From: Gammaproteobacteria bacterium
GTDB lineage: Bacteria > Pseudomonadota > Gammaproteobacteria > Eutrophobiales > Eutrophobiaceae
Length of the DNA stretch: 64,000 nucleotides
NCBI GenBank assembly: GCA_965116495.1
Contig: OZ220696.1
Span: 2,048,001 to 2,112,000, forward strand
Direction of reading: 5' to 3'
In this document: positions 59,370-64,000 of the stretch, in pieces
Numbering within the stretch: the first letter of the stretch is position 1
Layout: the number at the start of each line of letters is the position of its first letter
Translations under genes and position numbers: made by a program
The notes under the pieces: generated by a model
Databases searched by the model: none
What the model saw: the letters and a program-made list of their open reading frames with translations, nothing else
What the model was told of the DNA's origin: nothing

Positions 59370-60350
59370 ATCTGCAGCGGATAATGTCCGGGTCAGATGC
59401 ACAGCGGAGTCCTGCCTGCCCCACACGTCGCTTATCAAGGCAATACCCTGGGCGCCGTGTTGCCTGGCAATGGCCAGGTCAGAAAGTTTCATCCCGCCCA
59501 GGGCGTAAACGGGAATGGGTATATTCCTGATCATGTCGGAAAACCTGTCCCACCCCATTGGATAACCGCTCTTCCCGGCGGATTTGCCCACCTGGGATAA
59601 AACACAAAAATCAAGATCTGTCTCTACGGCATGATTTAATTCCTGCAGGTTATGACAGGAAGCGCCAACCCAGGATCCGGCAGGTAACGGGCGTCCGGCC
59701 AATTCCAACAGGCGTTTGCCGGTCAGGTGGACACCGGAAGCGCCGGCTTCCATGGCAAATTCAGGGGTGGAATTAACGAGCAGGTCCGCACCCTGGCTTC
59801 GACAGGCGTCAGCCACCCTGGTGGCGGCCGGTTTGCAGTTAATTGATTTCTTGCTCCTGAACTGTACCAGTTTCACGCCTGCCTCCAGGTACTCCTGTAG
59901 TTCACTTACAAAGGCCGGGGAATAATCATCCAGATCCGGGGTGATAAGATACACCGCCGGCAGTTTGCAGGCAGCGATAATACCCTTGTTTGCAGCGGGA
60001 AAATCCGCTGCTGCCAGGGAGGAGATATCGGCCCATTGCGTTTCCTGCCCTTCCCTTCCCGTCAAACTGCCGGCCCAGTCATGTACTTTCCATACGCTGA
60101 ACCGCAACGCCTTGCCGGGATAATCATAATCGAATGAGATAAGCGGTGAGCAATTCCCGGTATCTATATTGATCTCCTCGGATAATTCCCGCTTCAAGGC
60201 CTGCAAAGTGTTTTCGCCGGTCCTGACCTTGCCGCCGGGAAATTCCCACAACCCGCCCAGGTGGGAGTGGCGCGGACGCCTGGCCACCAGCACCTTGTCC
60301 CCGGCGGCGTTGTAGACTACGCCCAGGGCGATATGATCTCTGGCAGGCAT
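59364..60350 (-). CDS. mutT: MutT Nudix hydrolase fused to thiamine-phosphate-synthase-like domain
   Basis: WEFPGGK..RELSEE Nudix box, then YLITP, GVHL, ASCH and PVYALGG. Confidence 0.9.
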   Translation of the reverse strand: MPARDHIALGVVYNAAGDKVLVARRPRHSHLGGLWEFPGGKVRTGENTLQALKRELSEEINIDTGNCSPLISFDYDYPGKALRFSVWKVHDWAGSLTGREGQETQWADISSLAAADFPAANKGIIAACKLPAVYLITPDLDDYSPAFVSELQEYLEAGVKLVQFRSKKSINCKPAATRVADACRSQGADLLVNSTPEFAMEAGASGVHLTGKRLLELAGRPLPAGSWVGASCHNLQELNHAVETDLDFCVLSQVGKSAGKSGYPMGWDRFSDMIRNIPIPVYALGGMKLSDLAIARQHGAQGIALISDVWGRQDSAVHLTRTLSAADL

Positions 60351-60354
60351 GGGA

Positions 60355-60497
60355 TTAATAATTACGAATTAGGAATTACGAATTAGGAATTAGGAATGAA
60401 TGTGCTGCGTGGGGCGGCAGTTTTTCGCACGCAAAAATAAACCGTACATCGACATAACGCCCCCCAATTCGTAATTCTTAATTCCTAATTCTTAATT
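60355..60497. repeat. Inverted heptamer tandem-repeat element (second copy)
   Basis: aattacg/aattagg units, core gaatgaatgtgctgcg, then aattcgt/aattctt/aattcct units. Confidence 0.85.
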
Positions 60498-60513
60498 GAT
60501 TCCAGATTGTCCG

Positions 60514-61734
60514 TCAGGACCTGTACTCCGCGTTGATCGTGACATAGTCATGGGACAGGTCACAGGTCCAGTAGCAACCGCTCGCTTCACCCCGGTCCAG
60601 GTCGATGCGTACCAGAATCTCTTCAGCCTGCATGGCGGCAATTCCTTTTGCTTCGGTATAGTCTTTTGCCCTGGCGCCGTTTTCGACAATACATACTTCA
60701 TTCAGATATACCGAAATCCTGCCGATTTCCAGGTTGCCGATCCTGCTTCGTCCGATAGCTGCCAGTATCCTGCCCCAGTTGGGATCAGCCGCGTATACCG
60801 CGGTTTTGACCAGGGGAGACGTTGAAACGGCATCTGCCACGGCATCACACTCTGCTCCACTCCCGGCTTTATCAACCCGGATTGTTACAAATTTTGTCGC
60901 GCCTTCGCCATCCCTGGCAATCGACTGGGCCAACCGGATACATACCTCCGTGACTTGTCCTTCCAGCATGTGGTAGGCCGGACTGTGTTCGTTGATAACC
61001 CGTCCGGCGCGGCTTTTTCCGGTTGCAACCAGTACACATGCATCATTGGTGGAGGTATCGCCGTCAACACAGATCCTGTTAAACGACTGATTTACGGCCG
61101 CCGCCAACAAGCGCTCCAGTGCTTGTGGTTCCAGCGCGGCATCCGTGGCGATGAAAGCGAGCATGGTTGCCATATCCGGTTTTATCATGCCTGCACCCTT
61201 TGCTATACCGGTCACGGTAATCAATCCGGCATCAGCGGCAAACTGTACGGACAAGCCCTTTGGCTGCGTATCCGTCGTCATGATCGCCCGGGCACAATCA
61301 AGCCAGGCGTCATCTGTAAGTTTGTCGTGTAATTCAGGCAGCGCACGAGCAATCTTATCGACCGGCAGGTATTCTCCAATTACCCCGGTGGAAAACGGCA
61401 GCACCGCTTCGACCGCGCAACCGCCAAGGTTCGCCATGGCTTCGCAGACACGTGTCACATCGTCAATACCCCTGGCGCCGGTACCCGCGTTGGCATTGCC
61501 AGCATTGACCAGCAGGTGCTTTACGAAGCCATGCTGCAGATGTTTTCTGGCGACGGCAACCGGCGCTGCGTAAAAGCTGTTTTGTGTAAACACCGCACTG
61601 ACATTGGCGCCCGCACAGATGTCAAACAGGGCCAGGTCGTCCCTGGCGGCGCTATATATACCTGCTGAACAGGCTGCAACGCGGACACCGTCAACCGGCA
61701 AGAGGTGTGTGGGATGTGTTAACCCGACTGCCAT
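60514..61734 (-). CDS. argJ: Ornithine acetyltransferase ArgJ
   Basis: NAGNANA, STGVIG, IMTTDT, KGAGMI.PDMATML and DGEGATK motifs. Confidence 0.97.
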   Translation of the reverse strand: MAVGLTHPTHLLPVDGVRVAACSAGIYSAARDDLALFDICAGANVSAVFTQNSFYAAPVAVARKHLQHGFVKHLLVNAGNANAGTGARGIDDVTRVCEAMANLGGCAVEAVLPFSTGVIGEYLPVDKIARALPELHDKLTDDAWLDCARAIMTTDTQPKGLSVQFAADAGLITVTGIAKGAGMIKPDMATMLAFIATDAALEPQALERLLAAAVNQSFNRICVDGDTSTNDACVLVATGKSRAGRVINEHSPAYHMLEGQVTEVCIRLAQSIARDGEGATKFVTIRVDKAGSGAECDAVADAVSTSPLVKTAVYAADPNWGRILAAIGRSRIGNLEIGRISVYLNEVCIVENGARAKDYTEAKGIAAMQAEEILVRIDLDRGEASGCYWTCDLSHDYVTINAEYRS

Positions 61735-61828
61735 AATTCACGCAGAGATTTCAAGGGGACGGATTTGAAATCCGTCCCCGGATCCCCATTCCAAGGTTCT
61801 CTGTGTCTGCTGTGGCAAAAGAATCATC

Positions 61829-64000
61829 CTAACTCAGTTTGCCATGACAGAACTTAAATTTTTTCCCGGAGCCACAGGGGCAGGGTTCATTACGGCCGAT
61901 TTTTCTTTGATTACGGATATAGGGTTTTTGCTGCGGGCTTTCGTCCTGCTTGCCCATGGCGCTGGGCGCGTCGGGATGATTAAACTGCATCTGCGCAGGC
62001 TGGGGCCGGTCCTGTAATACCTGTATATCCTGTTCTTCCCTGACGTGTATTTTTGTCAGCACGGTGATGACGTCATACTTGATATTTTCCAGCATGTCGC
62101 CGAACATTGCGAATGCTTCCTTCTTGTATTCCTGCTTGGGGTTCCTTGCCGCATAGCCGCGCAGCCCGATGCCCTGCCTCAGGTGGTCCATCGCAACCAG
62201 GTGTTCTTTCCAATGCCGGTCCAGGGTATCCAGCATCAGGCCCTTTTCGACCCTGCGAACCAAGTCCTCAGGTAAATCGGTATGTCTTTTATCCACTTCT
62301 CTTGTAACATTTTCAGTGACCTTCGCAAGCAATGCCTCTTCATCCAGGGAAGTATTCTCGTCCAGCCACTGTTGTACCGGCAGGTGCGCGTTCAATTCAT
62401 TGGCCAGCGCTTCCGTTAAAGCGGCGGTATCCCACATATCGTCCAGGCTGCCGGGAGGGATATGGGTTGCAAAAATACCTTTTACGACGTCTTCCCGCAT
62501 CGTCTGAATATCAGAGGAGATGTCGTCCCCACCCAACAGATCGTTACGCCATTCATAAATCACCTTGCGCTGGTCGTTTGCAACGTCATCGTATTCCAGT
62601 AAATGTTTGCGAATATCGAAATTATGGGCCTCGACTTTCCTCTGTGCGTTCTCAATCGCCTTGGTTACCAGGTTCGATTCGATAGCCTCGCCCTCTTCCA
62701 TTCCCAGTCTCTGCATGATGGAAGCAACCCGTTCGGAAGCGAAGATGCGCATCAAATCATCTTCCAGTGAAATATAGAACCGGCTTGACCCCGGGTCACC
62801 CTGGCGTCCCGAGCGCCCTCTCAACTGGTTGTCGACGCGTCTGGACTCATGCCTCTCAGTTCCGATTATGCGTAACCCGCCCCTGTCGATCACATGCTCA
62901 TGACGTTCCTGCCAGGCACTGCGAACTTTAGTCACCGTCGCGGTATCGGCATTGTTGAGCGCCTTGATTTCCGCATCCAGGTTTCCTCCAAGCACAATAT
63001 CAGTACCCCGCCCAGCCATATTCGTTGCGATGGTTACCGTCCCGGGCCGTCCGGCCTGGGCAATGATCTCGGCTTCCCTTTCATGATACTTGGCATTCAG
63101 AACCTGGTGTTTGATTTTCTGCTTCTTCAGTTGACCGGACAGGTATTCCGACACCTCAATGGAAACAGTACCCACAAGAACGGGTTGGCCGTTTTCCTGG
63201 CAGGACTTTATATCATCGATTATTGCCGCAAACTTCTCCCCTGCGGTCAGGTATATCATGTCCGGCTGGTCATCCCTGATCATCGTCAGGTGAGTCGGGA
63301 CTACAACCACCTCCAGGCCGTATATCTGCTGAAATTCATACGCTTCGGTATCCGCCGTACCCGTCATACCGGCCAGCTTTGTATAAAGGCGGAAGTAATT
63401 CTGGTAGGTTATGGTCGCCAGGGTCTGGTTTTCATTCTGGATCGGCACATTTTCCTTTGCCTCAATGGCCTGGTGCAACCCGTCCGACCAGCGCCTGCCC
63501 GGCATGGTCCTGCCGGTGAATTCATCCACGATGACCACTTCATTGTTCTGGACGATATACTCGACGTTATTATGGAACAGGGCATGTGCCCGCAGCGCGG
63601 CATTCAAGTGGTGCAGGATGGGAATATTGACCGGATCATACAGACTCATGCCCCGCTGCATGATCTTGCTTTCCAACAGCAGTTTTTCCACCCGTTCATG
63701 ACCCGTTTCCGTCAGGTAAGCCTGCCTGCTCTTTTCATCAAGTACATAATCACCCCCGTCCTCTTCCTCTTTTTGCAGCTTCAAACGGGGCACTAACTTG
63801 TTCATGCTAAGGTACAGGTCGGACCTGTCATCCACACTGCCCGAAATGATCAACGGGGTACGCGCCTCATCGATGAGTATCGAATCCACTTCATCCACTA
63901 TCGCGTACATCAAACTGCGTTGAACCTGGTCCTGCCCGTGGAACTTCATATTGTCACGCAAATAGTCAAAACCGAATTCATTATTGGTTCCATAGGTGAT
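61829..64000 (-). CDS. secA: Preprotein translocase ATPase SecA (5' end beyond the window)
   Basis: [30 protein letters not shown] and [11 protein letters not shown] motifs; C-terminal SEC-C motif. Confidence 0.98.
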   Translation of the reverse strand: MTYGTNNEFGFDYLRDNMKFHGQDQVQRSLMYAIVDEVDSILIDEARTPLIISGSVDDRSDLYLSMNKLVPRLKLQKEEEDGGDYVLDEKSRQAYLTETGHERVEKLLLESKIMQRGMSLYDPVNIPILHHLNAALRAHALFHNNVEYIVQNNEVVIVDEFTGRTMPGRRWSDGLHQAIEAKENVPIQNENQTLATITYQNYFRLYTKLAGMTGTADTEAYEFQQIYGLEVVVVPTHLTMIRDDQPDMIYLTAGEKFAAIIDDIKSCQENGQPVLVGTVSIEVSEYLSGQLKKQKIKHQVLNAKYHEREAEIIAQAGRPGTVTIATNMAGRGTDIVLGGNLDAEIKALNNADTATVTKVRSAWQERHEHVIDRGGLRIIGTERHESRRVDNQLRGRSGRQGDPGSSRFYISLEDDLMRIFASERVASIMQRLGMEEGEAIESNLVTKAIENAQRKVEAHNFDIRKHLLEYDDVANDQRKVIYEWRNDLLGGDDISSDIQTMREDVVKGIFATHIPPGSLDDMWDTAALTEALANELNAHLPVQQWLDENTSLDEEALLAKVTENVTREVDKRHTDLPEDLVRRVEKGLMLDTLDRHWKEHLVAMDHLRQGIGLRGYAARNPKQEYKKEAFAMFGDMLENIKYDVITVLTKIHVREEQDIQVLQDRPQPAQMQFNHPDAPSAMGKQDESPQQKPYIRNQRKIGRNEPCPCGSGKKFKFCHGKLS

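Noticed and set aside
59364-60350. MutT-ThiE fusion as a novelty
   Set aside because: This fusion is already well known next to argJ/secA in proteobacteria.

Overview
Gammaproteobacterial chromosome segment in three blocks. (1) 1-9.5 kb: a catabolic cluster (PLP aminotransferase, hydantoinase/oxoprolinase A+B, Rieske oxygenase, EthD) followed by selB and tRNA-Sec (selC). (2) About 9.5-36.3 kb: a mosaic accessory/defence island between selC and yajC. It holds Fic, hipBA, higBA, vapB plus truncated vapC, an unknown+PIN pair, a methanethiol oxidase module (mtoX, SCO-MauG fusion) divergent from an NAD-dependent formate dehydrogenase, and a type I R-M operon with an embedded HEPN gene whose cognate MNT domain is fused to HsdS. 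It ends in an AAA+/DUF4143 gene preceded by a 23-bp tandem array. (3) 36.4-64 kb: housekeeping genes (yajC-secDF, pdxB, purN, second hipBA, MMPL, mlaC, bolA-family, murA, hisGD, degS, rluD-pgeF-clpB, pilD-coaE-zapD, mutT fusion, argJ, partial secA). At least six families of short palindromic or MITE-like repeats are scattered through the window, and several appear inserted in-frame in protein genes (pdxB, pgeF, clpB). All assignments come from motif recognition by eye; no database searches were run.
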